Virus record (IMG/VR): IMGVR_UViG_3300034993_000102
Coordinates: 1 to 44,141 of that record
DNA length: 44,141 nucleotides
Source: a virus
Lineage: Duplodnaviria > Caudoviricetes
Reading direction: 5' to 3' (one strand)
Each line of letters opens with the position of its first letter. The first letter of the stretch is position 1. Positions 43,778-44,141 of this stretch are shown one piece after another. The notes under the pieces were generated by a model. It saw nothing but the letters and a program-made list of their open reading frames with translations, was not told where the DNA came from and ran no database searches. A program made the translations under genes and the position numbers.

Positions 43778-44085
43778 ACTGCCTTCTCTTTCTACTCGCA
43801 CCCCTCGCCCTATGGTGGCTCTCGCTCGTGTTCTCCTTCAGGCCATCACGCAATGCGTATGTGACAACGGCGTGGGCTGGTGTAGCACTGGCCTGCTGCT
43901 TCGCACCCGGCACAAACCCAGACATAGGAGCAGAGCAAATGCGACCCGAGGACGTTCCCGTTAGCCCGCATAGATTCGATGCGATAGGAATCGCTAGGCT
44001 CGCGGGCTTCATCGCCTTCTTTGCTTTCGCACCGATCTTCTATGCGTGGACTTTTGAGTGGGCTGATAGGGAGGAGGATATATGA
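43774..44085 (+). CDS. Multi-pass membrane protein
   Basis: Three hydrophobic stretches; ATGA-coupled. Confidence 0.55.
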   Translation: MNCLLFLLAPLALWWLSLVFSFRPSRNAYVTTAWAGVALACCFAPGTNPDIGAEQMRPEDVPVSPHRFDAIGIARLAGFIAFFAFAPIFYAWTFEWADREEDI

Positions 44086-44102
44086 CGCAGAAAAAAACGC
44101 GC

Positions 44103-44141
44103 GGGTCCTTCCCGGAACCCTCTAGGAACAGGTTCCATGCT
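44103..44141 (+). promoter_or_regulatory. cosQ-like GGGTCCT plus right copy of terminal repeat
   Basis: GGGTCCT at 44103-44109, 21 nt before GGTTCCATGCT (44131-44141). Confidence 0.7.

Noticed and set aside
1-44141. Stop-codon reassignment
   Set aside because: Standard code gives dense, full-length genes ending in all three stop codons

Overview
The window looks like one complete, roughly 44.1 kb temperate tailed-phage genome opened at its cos site. An 11-nt terminal direct repeat is preceded by a lambda cosQ-like GGGTCCT. Gene order is: lambda-type terminase and portal, fused prohead protease/HK97-fold capsid, neck, two paralogous putative tail-tube genes, a short tape measure, baseplate and adsorption proteins, a lysis-like cassette with no recognisable endolysin, dNMP kinase and metallophosphoesterase, small accessory genes, attP (3' part of tRNA-Val GAC) with a tyrosine integrase, a switch made of three ribbon-helix-helix genes, and an early/replication arm. 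The early arm carries pentapeptide-repeat proteins, a DEDDh exonuclease, a Sak4-like ATPase with SSB, VRR-NUC, two adenine methyltransferases, an initiator and a DnaC-like loader. The most unusual feature is that the gene after the capsid and all four adsorption-region proteins start with Sec-type signal peptides, and all but one are strongly and directionally enriched in the dipeptide Thr-Asn. I infer that these virion parts may be exported, possibly glycosylated by the host, and assembled outside the cytoplasm. Other highlights are an SGNH-esterase/heparinase-II/III-like depolymerase with an antisense SGNH gene inserted at its 5' end, and two unlinked mini-operons that share an AAGCGGCTT palindrome and a small IG-x-x-GG basic protein. 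A Verrucomicrobiota host is my inference only. All domain calls come from motif recognition by eye, and no searches were run.
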